A stretch of DNA of 64,000 nt from Cycas panzhihuaensis (GCA_023213395.1 CM041465.1:59093741-59157740); one strand, 5' to 3'. Counted from the stretch's first letter, positions 25,143-38,899 are shown. Made by a program: numbers and translations. Notes: generated by a model not told the origin, from the sequence alone.

Positions 25143-26609
25143 TAAAATGATTAAAAAACTTTATTCATTATTGCTTGGAAGGTAGCAAGTGCATTGCATA
25201 CGTCAAATGGCATTACTTTGAATTCATAATATCCTTTGTATATACAGAATATTATTTTATGTGTATCTTCATCTTTTATTTTAATTTAATAATAACTTGA
25301 TCTAAGATCTAACTTTATAAAATATTGAGCACCATATAATTCATTAAGTAACTCATTAATTCATGGTATGGGAAATTTATTTATATTGGTAACTTTATTA
25401 AGAGTATAATAATCAATGTATATTAAAAAAGAGTTATTTTTTTTTTAACAAGACTACAGGAGCAATGAATGAAAATTTATTTGGTGTAACTATTCTAAGT
25501 TCCAATAGTTCATGAATTATACATTCAATTTTATTTTTATATTTGTAGAGATGTCAATATGGTTTGATTATAATAAGTATTACATTTTTCTTTAATTCAA
25601 ATATATATTCCATACCACGATCAGGGGGCAAGGTGGTTGAAAGTTTTTAGAATATGATTTTATATTTATTGATCAAGTTTTGTATTTGATTATCCATGTA
25701 TTTCTATTTATTATTTTTTATTTTTATTAAGAATAATCATATCACACACCTTAGATACCTTTTGTAGGGCAATTTATTTATTTGATATGAAATTACTTAT
25801 TGAGTGTTAGGAGACATCATTCCTTGAAATATGGGGGTTTTATTGCCTTCTTTGAATCTCATAAACATTTTTTATAAATTTATTTTATAGTTACCTAGGG
25901 TTCTCAACCATTTGACTCCTTAATACCACATCAACTCTTTCAATTTCAATAACAAAAAATTATACTCTTAAAGTAAATTTATCTGAGGAGATTTTAAGAT
26001 ATTTTCACCCCATATTTGTTTATGACCACTAACTTAAATTTGGAATGCAAGTATTTTTGTAACCTATAAATTTAAATTTTGGGTATAGTAGTGGTTAATA
26101 AAATTATGGGTGCTTTCTAAATTAATTATAATAATTAATGTTTTTTTTTTTTCACAGATCCTCTGATTTTAATAGTTTTAAGTCTCAAGATTCTGAACAT
26201 TATTGATAGGGACATGATTGGTTCTTCCTCAAACTATTGATCATCACTTATGTGATCCTCCTTTTCTATTTCCTCAATTATTTTATCCATGTTTTCTTCT
26301 CCTACAATAACTAATGAGTATAATTTTTGTTCTTTACATCTGTGTCCTTTTTTCATTATATCAATAACAAGTTTTTTTTTTTTGTTGGTATTCTTCTATT
26401 TATATTTCTATCAATTAACAATATCTTCATGGATTTTTTAGTAGATTATGACTTTTCTTTTTGGAATATAAATGATTTTTATTGGTTATTCTTTCAGTTA
26501 TTATAATATTTGGTTTAAAAGATGCATTATTTTTTAACATTGGTGGATGATAATAAAATTTTTATTTTGACTTAAAAGTCTTACTTAAGTGAATATCCTC
26601 ACTAAGAAT

Positions 26610-29600
26610 GACTCTCTAAAATATTGCAGGGGCATTTATAAGTCCAAAAGGCATTACCCAGAATGCATACGTACCCTACTTCGTGATAAAGGTTATTTTT
26701 AATTGATCCTCTGGTGCAATTTGGACCTAATTATATCCCCTAAATCCATTAGTAAATGAGTACATCTCATGTCCTGTCACCTTTTCTAAAACATCCTCTA
26801 TAAAAGGGATTGGAAATGGATCCTTATTGGTGGCTTTATTTAGAACTTTGTAGTCGACATAGACTCTCAATTTCTCATTTTTATTTTAGGATTACCACTA
26901 CGAGGTTTACCCATTCACTATTCTCAACCTCAAAAATGTAGTCTACCTCCAACAACTTATTTAATTCAGCCTTAACTTGTTCTTTATACTTAGGATTCAT
27001 ACAATATGGCCTTTGCCTTACCAGTTTTGCTCCTTCCATCAACTCTATTTTGTGTTCATCCAACTTTGGTAGGATACCTTTTAGGTCTTTGTAAGACTAG
27101 GCAAACACATCCTTATATTCCAAGAATAGTGAAGTTGCTTGTTATAACATTTCTTCCTTCTAATAATCACCCAAAGTAATCATTCATGATAATTCTTTTG
27201 TCCTGATATTAATTTCTTATGTTTTTAACTTTTCCCCTATCATTGTTTTGCCATCTGGGCCTAATGTATAGGCTAGCGTGCTATCGATGCTATGCTTCAA
27301 TGTGGGACTAGTTTGAAGATTTTCTTTTTCTGTCTAAAAATGATATATTCCCTAGTTTTGAATGATTTGTTTTATTCCTTCAATCTACCCTACTTGCTTC
27401 TAAACATTTTTATAAAATCTTAAAAAAAGATTTTTATTTATTTGAGACCAAAAATTAAAATTTTGCATATGTACTCCATACCCAATTCGGGCTTGCGAAT
27501 AAGAGGACACCAAGTACAAAAATTATTGTTGCCTTTTATTCTTTAAAAGTTTATTACGTAATTGTAAAGCATAATTATATTTATCTATAAAGATGGATTT
27601 TTCTTTGACCATTTCTAAATTGGATGACTCCTCATTCCTTTTTTTTTAAGAATCCATGCAATATTCCATGTGGTAACACATAGCTGGTTCTGTTTCTTCC
27701 CAAGCATTATACAACCAATTTAACATATAAGAAGATGAGGGACTACTTGATAGTCTTGGTTGCATCTGAAACACTATTTTAGAATAAGAACTTGTTGTGG
27801 ATTTTGACGTTACTATTGTAGATGAAGCTTTTCCTTCATCTTCGATCTTTTCTATCTTTGGCCTGTTTGAACATAAGGGGAAGGTTACTGTTTTATCTCC
27901 CACTAGCAATGTAAATATATGTTTCCCCAATCCTAGATTGCTTTTGTGGCTAGTAACCATGGTCTTGCTAATAGGGTTGGATATATCCTCTTTTGGTCTT
28001 CCATATGAATTACTACAAAATCCAATAGTATAGTTACTTCTGCCATTGTTACTGGAACATTCAACAACGTTCCCATAGGCCTGACTTGTAATTGACTAGC
28101 TAATCTAATCGAATAATCTGGAGCAACCACATTAGGCCTTCCTAGTGCTATCCATGAAGATTCAGGCAATACATTTACCCCTAAGCCCCCATCTATAATA
28201 GTTCTACATAAGGTGGTTCCAAACATCATCATTGAAACCCTGGGGTCTATTCCCATATCTTTTATAGTTTTAAGGACTGGTTTCTCAATTTGGTCTAAAA
28301 CCATTTGCTATAAATACCCTACTTCCCACCACTTAAATACACTTGATATAGGAATTGATTCTTTTAATTCAGTAAGTATATCCTTTATAGTTTGCAACCT
28401 CTACCAAGGATTCATACCTTCTAATGATTATGTTGTCCTCCTTTTGTAGTGCAAGCCTTTAAATCTTTCTTGTTGCCTCTCCTCTTGAGTTTCTCCCATT
28501 GTGTCTTGAAGTATTTTTACCGCCTCCTATAATCATTATTTCTCCATGATTAGATCTAAAATATTATTTTGAATAAGAAGGGGTCCAGTTGATTTGTTGC
28601 TTTGTTTCTGTAGGTAAGTCAGCTTCTCTTGATCCAAAATCACATCCACTAAATTGGTGTTTTGTATCTTATTGTTCTTAGGGCAATTAGACCATTCATG
28701 ATCTGTTAGTCCACATTCTTTGGAGATATGTTCTCCTCCTTTATTTTCTAATGGATATTTTGTTCTAAAATATCCCCATCTCTGGAATAAGAAACAACAA
28801 ATAGGTCTTGTCTTGCCCTTATATTGCTTTACAACTCCCTTCTTCGTCTTTTGTGAATAAATATTATGTATCTCACCTTTATTATTTTTTTGTCGGAAAT
28901 AACATTCCCATGTATTATGGTTACTCCTTCAGCAATTCTCACACCATTTCATGAATCCTCCATGTTCGTTTTAGGTGTCCTTATTGATTACATGGTGAAG
29001 GGCACCAAATATTCTCTCTTAAATTTTCTAGTCATAATCAGGATAACTCTGTATGAGCTTTTCCAATTCCTGCGTATGTTGCATATTGCTTAGAATAGAA
29101 ACTATAGGTTATTACTTCAATGCTTCTACTTTTTTCTTCAAAGCTTCAATTTCTAGATTAGTACCCATTTATGGTGTGGGTTGTGTTTATGTACTAGAAC
29201 AATATGCTAGGGGTTGTATATCATCTAGGAATAAGCTGATTTCATTTTATTTTTAAATTTTAGTGCTAATTAATTATTCATTAGGTTCAACATTACTTTA
29301 TCTCTAAATTGAGATATCAATCTTTCTATAAAATATTTCATTGCCAGCATTGGATTGATTGCTATTGACACCTATATTTTATTCATTATAACTTGCATCC
29401 TTCCATCAAAACTATTCACGGATTCACTCGGATATTGATGGATTTATTCCAAAGCTTGCAAGATAGCTATTGGATCCCTCAGTTTCTAAAATCGATTAAG
29501 GAATTATTCCTGTAGTTGGTCCCAATTCAATTGCTAGCTTGCTATATATTGGAACCATGCTATTGTGGGGCCCCTCAATGTTGAAAGAAAAAGAGCCTTG

Positions 29601-31410
29601 ATTTCTCCTTGATCCATGATCCTTTTAATATGGATCATGTTTTTAAATAATACCAAGTGATCACCGGGGTTTGTAGTGCCATCAAATTGGAGGCTAGAAA
29701 ACATTGAGTCACTTTGCACCACAATATATGGAGTTGTATTTACTAGATTTCCTCCACTCCATATTCCACTTTGTCCTCTTCCTGTTGCACCTCCTACACT
29801 GCTCCTTGGGGTCACCATTGGTAACTTGAACAAGGGATTTATTATATGGCTTGGAGTTCAGATTTTCAATAAATAATGATTCCAAGCCTTTTCTGCCACA
29901 CTATATATTTCTAACTCAATGGAATTCTCTTCTTGTATTGATGCTTCTATTTTTTGTGCATTTTCTTCAATGTAATCCTACTAAATATCTTCGTCTGCAC
30001 TTAGTGCTTATGCCTCTTTTCCCATATCCTCTTCTTTTGTACACCTCTAATTACTTTCTTTATATTTCCAACTCAATGGAATTCTCTTCTTATATTGATG
30101 CTTCTATTTTTTGTGGATTTTTTTCAATGAAATCCTATTGAATATCTTCATCTGCACTCAATGCTTGTGCCTCTTTTCCTAGATCCTCTTCTTTTGCACA
30201 ACTCTTATTACTTTCTTCTTCTGCCTTCATCTCTATTATACCTGGACTTTGATCCTTTACTTCTTCCTCATTTTTTGATTTCTCTTTTCTATCTAATATG
30301 CAGATAGTTGCCTTTTCACCTACTTCTTTGGTGTGATTACAAATATGGGTTTGTGTACTCCCTCTTGGATTCTTTCTTTTTTCCAATGCTCCCCTCGATC
30401 ATGATGCATTTTAGCTTCTACTTTGGGTGGCATAGAATAGGACCCGCAAAAGATTTTAGTTGATCTCACCCATTCTCTTGGTTCAATTTGGCAACAGAAC
30501 CAATGTGTACCATAACCAAACTCTCATAAGGAAACAAGCACAAGAAATCAACTAATTACAATCATTCACCAAGTACATGGCATATACATGGGAGCACAAG
30601 AACTATCATCATTGCATTATGATAGGTCACTCTCATTCTCTGACAACCAGAGCTAACCTAGAATAGTACACACACAGATGGACCTTTACAGCAGACATAA
30701 AATTATGGCTAACCACATTATGTGTGACAATGACCAGAGCACCACAATTCTTTCCAGAAAAAATCTCTCCCCCCTACATTCTTTACATCGTGATATTTAT
30801 ATTCACTATGATTCTGAGTTAGTTATAACTGTTACAAATACAAACAAAAGAGTTGCAACTACCACACACAGTATTTATGTCGAAAAAGATTATAGGGGGT
30901 AGGGCAAACCTACCAGATACCGATAAGGGAGTGTTTGACTTTGTAAGCAGTGTGATAAACTTCTTTATTATTACTATATCTCAACTCAATATTCCAAGAT
31001 ACTACCTATTAAGGAAAGATCATCCTTGTAAGGTCTACAACCATACAAAGGTGTTCATGTAGAATAGCTTTCGAGCATTAGTTGCTAACTCGTGTACCAT
31101 AGAAGGATAAGTGACCAAAAGTTTGCCTATTCTAGGATGGAGAGCGAGCTTATAGGGGTTCTTCTATATAGCTAGAGGTATGTGGAGGCACAAGTCAGAT
31201 CTTCCTATATACTTGAGGGTATGTGGAGCTATGAGTTTATAGCTAGGTTCTGTTTGAGGCCCGTGTATTGGTGCAATTCACACCTCGCTTCACACGGTTA
31301 TGTATACCTAACTGTGCTTAGCCAATAATGATAGATCCCTATGACTTTTATAGGCATTTGATATAGGGTCTCTACCTAGACTCTAGGGAAGGGAGGGTGG
31401 GATGTACTAT
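26610..31410 (-). mobile_element. Truncated non-chromovirus Gypsy (Gypsy D): 5' LTR, PBS, gag, PR, N-terminal RT
   Basis: gag FDGTTNPGDHL (29534-29833), protease IIDGGLGVNVLP (27933-28304), RT RQRPYCMNPKY...KDPFPIPF...MPFGL ending ~26620. PBS TGGTTCTGTTGCC at 30490-30502, LTR from 30504 (far end approximate). Confidence 0.85.
29903..30217. repeat. Tandem duplication, 157-bp period
   Basis: AACTCAATGGAATTCTCTTCTT starts at 29913 and 30070. Two diverged copies. Confidence 0.9.
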
Positions 31411-31576
31411 CTTAGGGAGGTGCTACCTACTTGTAGCAATTATCAAAATTATACAAAATAGATTTTTTTTTTTGCAGGGAAAGGGTTCAAGAATTTGTCG
31501 AACAAGAAGGAATTCCCTTTTTTTATAATTGTTGGATCTTCCCATTGGGTTGTCCTAATCATCCTTTGAAATCACT

Positions 31577-32252
31577 TGTTATGATCCACTTCATAAATAT
31601 CACACCAAATTGATAACAAGAGAGTACAAATAGAACCTTTATTAATGTAACATCACAAATTACATTCAGATTCCAAGAAAGCTCAATAAACACCAAAAGA
31701 AGACATGCAAGACTATAATCTTTAGAAGAGGAAATGATCATATAAATCCTTACTTTACAAATGTGAGGTCTTAAATAGACAAAAGTGGTTGTTAACTTCT
31801 AACATCCTATTGGTAGGCCATGCAACCTTTGATTCCATTGGTGGAGGTATGTGGCTCGTGCACATATATTGATGATTGTTCTTAACTCATACCCCATAAT
31901 TGTATAGCTAGTTGCTTGTGTTATACCTTGGAGGGTTATGTAATAAATACCATGTCAGAAATTCAAGAAAAGCTTTGATTCCATGTTAAAAAAGTAAAGA
32001 GAATGAAGGGAATAAAAAGACTTAAAGAACTCATGAAAAATAGAGATCAGAAAATAAGAGATAGTTGTTAGAAAATCTCTAGTTATTTTTTCTCTTATTG
32101 TTTGTCACTTACATTGTATTTATATATAATATAGTTACAATTCATAAAAGATGCTTTCAAAGAAAGTAACTACTTTTAGCTACAACAAAAAAAGGTCTAC
32201 TTTTAAATACAACAAAAAATAGTTATAAATCTCCAAAATTTTTACACCTTCA
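31577..32252 (-). repeat. Two adjacent orphan LTR-like segments (31577-31945 and 31953-~32252)
   Basis: First has TGTTA...TAATA termini and a decayed Met-PBS-like flank (CCTTTGAAATCACT). Second begins TG directly after ATACCA. Both have minus-strand TATA-like motifs. No partners found. Confidence 0.45.
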
Positions 32253-33437
32253 TTGCATTGGATTGTGATCTTGTTATGGCAGATGCAATTTTTAAAAGTG
32301 GAGTTAAATGGATCTCAATTTTACAATGTTGAGGTCATAGCCTCCAATTGTGATTTTAATATGTGCAGGACCTCTAATGATGATGAATTGCATAACAATA
32401 TTAAAACTGAGATAATTTTTTCATACGGGGTCTATTTGGGGTCCATGACCACTAGCTTTGAAGCCAACAGAAAGCTCACACCATTGTGAAATTTGTAGGA
32501 CCTCTTTTAAAATTAATTTTTCTACCTTTCTAATAGGATTATCATTAGGTAAATAATAAAGAAATTCAACACTATTGGGAGTGAAAGTGAGGTAACTTCA
32601 AATTCATAGATCAGAATGATACTAGGAATCACCTCCAATCTAATCAGATCATTGTTGGCAGCTTCTACAATTATCCTTCTTCGATAGAAATAGCCAAATT
32701 TAGAGTTTCTTTCTTGCCAATTGTCAGTCATCATTAGTTAATTATGAATCTACATACCCATGACCTTCTTAAGTATACTGAGGTTGTTTGAACTTTGAGC
32801 CTCTCATTTGAAGTCTACAGTATCATAGAATCTTAATTAAAATTGTTGTGCTTGAGAGTCAGTGGGTTCCCGAGGTGAGGTATTTGCACCGATTCTGAGG
32901 TGGCCTCCAATCGTGCATTTACAAATTATGACTATAAGCAAAGCTACTCCCTATCACCACTGATGGATGCAAATGCCCCCATGGCCTCCCAAAGTGGTAC
33001 TTAATAAAAAATAAAGAAAATCTTAATACCAAAACTGTAGTGGGAAATAGATTCTGGAGATTGCAACCAATCTAAGTTGGGGGATTTTAGGTGATGAGGA
33101 ATAACAAGTGAATAAACATTGAAATCTGAAAGACTGACAGCTTTAGGCGTAAGAACTGAGAGTATCCCAAAGTGTATAGATGGATAAATTTTACGTATTG
33201 CAGTGTTGATGGTAATTTTATTACAAAAGTTTGTTCTCTTTTTCTTTGGCATTTTATATTTTAGCTTTACCATCACATTAATATTGAGCCCTAATGGTTT
33301 GACACTATTTGTTATATTATTTTAGTATAACCTCATGTTGTATATTGAGCTCTAGCTTCACCAATAGGCACCATCAGGGCACTTTGATGAGGAGTGTCAC
33401 TCAGGCTTTTCACTTATTCCCATTAATTAAAAAAAAA
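32253..33437 (+). mobile_element. Probable 5'-truncated, decayed L1-type LINE (ORF2 C-terminus, 3' UTR, A-tail)
   Basis: 32876-32929 reads *GICTDSEVASNRAFTNY, which is C-x2-C-x8-H-x4-C after three single-base reversions. Later F*VMRNN (WxxRN-like), a T-rich UTR and TTAATT(A)9. Confidence 0.45.
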
Positions 33438-33531
33438 GAAAAGAAAAGAGAAATATAGAACTTGGTGGGACATGTTGCCATGTTGCACATCCTGGTAAGT
33501 GCGTTTGGTAGATATTGTAATGATTTTAATA

Positions 33532-33650
33532 GACTATCATGATTTTCTATGAGTTGCCATGTAGTAACACAAAAATATTATAACTGATAGTGACTATCAT
33601 GTTTCTCTACGAGTTGTTATATAGTGACACAGTGATATTATAGCTGGTAG
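33532..33650. repeat. Tandem duplication, 60-bp period
   Basis: GACTATCATG...TATA.CTG.TAG at 33532 and 33592. Confidence 0.85.
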
Positions 33651-35386
33651 GGTTTGCAATAGTTCAAGTTCTATTTCTTTGGCTTTAATACACTCAATTT
33701 GATGGAGCAGTAATTTGGTGTAAGTAGAGATGATACACTTGATCAACTCCTCAAAGTGGACTTACTTTCAACATAAAAAATGTTCAAAATACAACCATTG
33801 CCTATCGATGCTGCCAGACTTTATAGTTTGCACTAGTGGTTTATTTTATTTTGTGAGTATTTTTGCTATGCTAGTTAAATTTCCATGAATAGGCATATAG
33901 TCAATTATCAAAGTCTATTTGAATACACTTTTTAAATAAAAAGTTCTTGAGGTCATGCTAATAGGTATTAAAATCTTGCATTATTGTTACTAGGATTTTT
34001 TCAATTGGCAAAAGCTTTTGAAGTCAATTAGTGATTGTTTGTAAGTATTGTGTGTTGAATTTTATAAAATATTAAAATAATAATTTTTAAAAAAGTGTAT
34101 TGATATTTTATAATCATGGGAGTTAAACACAAAGGTGTTAAGACTTTTCAGCCTATATGAATAAAATAATACCCCACAATAAGAAGAATAAGTGAAGGAA
34201 CAGACAAGACTATGTTAAGTTGATAAAAATTCTTGTATGACATGTTAAGTTTTAGAAGATAAGACATTATAAAGGATTTGCATAAAGACAAGTTGGTTGA
34301 TGATAGAAAGTTATAGAAATGTTTTCTGAACATGGTTTCTTGAAGTTAGAAAATATGATAAGTTGTGAGAAAAGAATTGAATGTTTCCATAAGGAATATT
34401 CTTGCACAACTATCATTATCTCAAAAAAGCTTCATGCAAAAATGAGTGTCCACACATGAAGCATTAGTGCGGGGTATCTATATGTAGGAGGAGCTCAGCA
34501 TAGGATATGGTTAATGTGGGAATAGTCTCTCATGAACATGCTTCACTTTGATGACAAATACATCAAAAATTGAGTTTCACACAAGGTAAAACTGATGTGA
34601 GAACACTCACCATGGGAAGAGAAAAATGGTAGCCATGTGGGAAAAGGAAAGGAATATTTCATTTTGGTGGAGTCTTTTCCCACACATAAGTTATATTTGA
34701 GAGACATGTTTCCAAAAAGTTCAGTTAATGCAGGCAATGCTTGGGTGGGAATACTTGATGTAATAAAGAGAAATAATATAATTACTGCATCTCTTCTTCC
34801 ACATAAAATTACTTTTTGTTTGCCACATTCTTTTAAGAAAATGAGAATTCATGTGGGATAGAAATTTGTGGGATATGAAGGCATGCGTAAAAGTACTACT
34901 GGGCCCCACAACTTGACACTTAAAGAATTGAGTCTCATAGGATAACACTCAATGGAAGAAAGGTTGATGCAGGAGTTATGTATAACAATATAACTCCCTC
35001 GTAATGATCATTTCCATGTTAAGGTAGAATTTGATGGAACTCAAAATGAAAAGGAGACATCATGTGGGAATTTATCATACAGAAACATGTAATATAGGAC
35101 ACAAAGAATAAGAGAACGATACACCCATATTGATTGACAACAAGTAAAAAGTTACCATGTCACAAACCTCATACGTGAGATTTGACAACTAATAGTAAGG
35201 AGTAGAAATGACTTATAATCAACACTTGTGCCATTTTTGAAACAAAACCATGATAGATATTGATTAAAGACATCATTATATCTAGATCTTTTATGTAGTT
35301 TTCACCATTAGATTAGGCATCAAGATCAACCTATGAAGAGTACAAGATAATCAATGGTCTATAAAGAAAGTTTTTGTTGACACTTG

Positions 35387-38300
35387 TGGAATCGCGTTTA
35401 TGGGATGGTAACCACGCTTAGTTAGGATTAGGTTAATCAATTGAGGGCTTTGGAATCTAGGGTCAATCTGGCAAGTGAGAGAAATCATCCACACAGGGTG
35501 TCTGTGCATCAGAACGCAGGTTCAGGACCCACAAATGGCACACAACTCCCCTCTGGGTAACTCAGTTTTGGTTCTAAGGGTAGCATGAGTGAGGGATATC
35601 TTCGGTTTTCTGAGTAACCTCAAGATGTAAGTCTTTCTTCCCTTGGATGGCTAGAAGGGAAGGGCAAGACCAAACAAGGGAATGGATCCTCATAGAAAAT
35701 GGATGGATATGAATGGGATGTATTTGGATGAATGATGCATGAGGTACATGCTTGTAGGAATGGTGTTGGATAGCCACCTCACACGTGGGACCGACTCAAA
35801 GAAAGGGGATGTTAAGGCTGCCTAACTAGTGTAGGTGTGATGGGATTAGAAGAGGATGTCCTGGGGGGGAATCCTCTTCAGGCTAACCCACCCAAAGTGA
35901 GTTTGGGAGAGTAAGAGGTAACGACAGAAGAGGCTTATGCCATCTTATATATGTAGGGTTTGACCTTCTATGTGTGATGGTGAAGTAATGTGTATGTTGC
36001 TATGTTTGTTGTAAACAAGAGATAAGAACTATAAAATAATAACAAATACACTCTTGTTTACTCTCAAATGCAAAACTTCACTCTCTTTTTTATTTTTTAA
36101 TGGGGGAAAAGGGAGTAGAGGGGGCAAGCCAATCAAGTGCAATTGTGCATACAAAAGATGTGAGACCTAAAGGAAATTCATGTAATCAAGAAAGAAAGTG
36201 GAAGGATATAGTTCTTATCTCATGCTCTTCCTAGGAGTGTGAGCCTAGCATGCATATGCAAGTAGTAGATGCAAACTTGTTTCTTTTCTCTTTTTCTTTT
36301 TATGTTTCACCTATGCAAGCAAATAAGCTTAAAACAAAAAGGGAAAAGAGCTATGAAGAGAAGAGAACGATGTAGCTAGAGGACCATGCAGCTGAAATAA
36401 GAATGTTCTCTTATATCACACACACTCCCCTTTTCCTTTCCCAACACGTGGGCAGCATAGAGAAATGGTGTTAGGGCTTCTTTACCTTTCCTAAGCTAAA
36501 AGGAAAAGGTAAAAAAAAAAGAGGAAAAGACTATGCTAAAGACATAAATGACAAGGGAAAAGAATGAAGGAGATGTACCCAGATTGATGCATTTCTTTCT
36601 TCTTCATGAGCAGCATAGTGAAATTTGTAATTAAAGAGTACTCCCCCTTTCTCAAGGGGCTACTGGGATGCCAAGTATATATGTATATATGTGTATGCAA
36701 AGTGCACAAAATAATATAAGTGAAGTACTTCAATCAAAGTAAACTTCTATTTAGAAAACAATCTCCAACCTCCTCAATGCAAGTAAGACAAGATAAAAGG
36801 ATGGGGATGGTTAGCCTCAGAATGGCTAACCCTCTAATGCACAAACCTCCACACTATCCAAGCACATAAACAACAGATCTAGACAGTCTAATAGCAACAA
36901 AAAGTGTAGGAGATAGGTTGTACAAAGGTTGTAAATACTGTTGATGTTGCAAGGGCTACGATGTGCAATGTTTATAACTTAAGGCTAAGCCAACACCCAA
37001 AAGTGATGTATGATATGACTAAGGGCTAGAAACTCTATCCATGTAAGGCACCTAGGGCTAGAACTAGTGCAGTAAAGGGATGTGTACTAACGATGGCCTC
37101 TCTTCCAAGAGCTCTCTGGTAGCCCAAGGGGGGCACAAAAGAGGAGGATAAAAAGGGGAGAAGGGGGTTGCCCTTGAGGACCAGACCTTGTTGGATGCGG
37201 AACTCACCTTAGCTCCTTTCTCTTACCCTTTTAGGACCTCTCCTCATAGCCTCCTTGGAGAAACTAAGAGAGAGCGGGAAGGTAGGGAGGATAGACGAGG
37301 AAAAACGGAGGGGATGCCTCCTATATTTGATGGAAAACATGAGAAAATAGATGTACAAGGTATTCTAATCTCTTTTGAAAGAACTTAAAGGGAACAAAAT
37401 GAAATATAAATAGAATAGTACCTTCTATGGGTAGATTGGTAACAGATCTGCTTGAGAAAATGGAAGAGGAAGGTAGTCTTATGAGGTTTGTAGGTGGATT
37501 CCTGTATAGGCTATGAAACCTGGAGGATAACTTGGTGAAACCTAATGCTTGTGCATGGAAGTGAGTCTTGGAGCATGTCCTTGCATGGAGAAGCTTTGTC
37601 TTAGGCCTACTACCATGAATCTGAGCCGTAGAGGGAAGATCTTAGGCTGGGACATAAGTGTGATAGATGTTGTAAGGTGCTCTTGTAGAAAATCACTTGT
37701 GAAAGTGAAAGAGGAGAGGAGAAAAAATAGAGGAAGAGGAGGAAATGAGGTATTTCTTGGGTTTTATACTTAACTCTAGCTTAATTTGATAATTAAGGTT
37801 AGGCTAAGACTTGGGGTATGATTTAGCTATGTGGCAATTTCGTAAAAAATGTGATATTTTTCAGGGAAGATTTGAAAAAATGTTTTATGGCAGTCGCCCT
37901 ATGACAAACTTTGTGGTATTGCGATATTTGTTATAGTGCGGTGACAGAATAGAGAACAGAAGGAGAAGAGGCAGCTGGGAGCCCTAAATGAGGGTACCCT
38001 AGGCCTAGGAGGGCCTGACCCTCTGCCCAAGTGGCTAGGGATAGTCATAAGGAGGAGATGACCTAGACTAGATGAGGCACCAGAGAAATAGGGTTCCCAA
38101 GAAGCTAACAAATGGATAGGAAGATACTAATCATACTTAGCGAGGTGCTAAAAGCTGTGATGTGGAAATGGGGGTGTGAATAGATCATACAGGCTAGTTG
38201 GTACTTGAGACAATATGGAGGTGCATAGGAAGGTTGGGGAGTGTCATTGGGATACATGTCTCGCGATCGTCATAGGCTAGAATAACATCAAGCAATATGA

Positions 38301-38468
38301 TCAAGCAGTGGGTACAATGTAATCACTCAAATGTATTAATTAGACATGCAGTGAAAAATAGATGTTTTGATTTACCTTTCTAGAGAAGTGATAAAGGCAA
38401 AGGATAGAAGCATACTTGTACTTACCTGAGTCAACTTTCCAAAACCCATTTCCGGTAGCTGGGAAACA
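35387..38468 (-). repeat. 3' LTR (3082 bp)
   Basis: Direct repeat of 46927-50047, TG...CA termini. Confidence 0.97.
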
Positions 38469-38899
38469 CTGCCCCCTTGGTAGTAGAGTCTTGCTGCTTA
38501 GAGGTGTAATGTGACGGTGAATGCTGGCAACACAATGTTAGTGACATATATATATAAACATACATAACAATGGTACGAGCCAAGGGCAATGACGAGTGTC
38601 ATGGTGGAATGCATGGGCATACAGGCAAGGGCGAGATAACATAGGGGCTACCTATGTGTCACCGTATAGTCAACTGACAATGATGATAGATGAGGGGGAT
38701 GCCTCCATCATAAGAGTACGAGAAATAGAGTGGTGAGGACCACACATAGGATCAGACATATGTCATGGATAAGCTTTTATGTACAGAAAATAAGTTAATA
38801 CTAGTGGGAGTTATGTGCTAAAAAAAGGTGCTAAGAGTAGAGTAAGGAAATAAACCTAGTGGTCATCATAGTTTAACCTCATTAGTGACCAACTTTTAG

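Larger units (their letters stand above)
15730..26610 (-). mobile_element. Highly decayed chromovirus Gypsy (Gypsy B), split by the 18242-25142 insertion
   Basis: Chromodomain EYLVKWK...DSWE (~15816-15870), integrase MDFMKGLPRS and IISDRNPKF, RH/RT at 17500-18241. RT continues at 25143-25480 (EFKVMPFD, KLDLRSSY), PR/gag remnants to ~26600. Confidence 0.8.

Noticed and set aside
32864-32992. miRNA-like hairpin (GGTATTTGCACC / GATGCAAATGCC)
   Set aside because: Pairing is limited to ~12-15 nt with mismatches, and the region is better explained as decayed L1 zinc-knuckle coding sequence.
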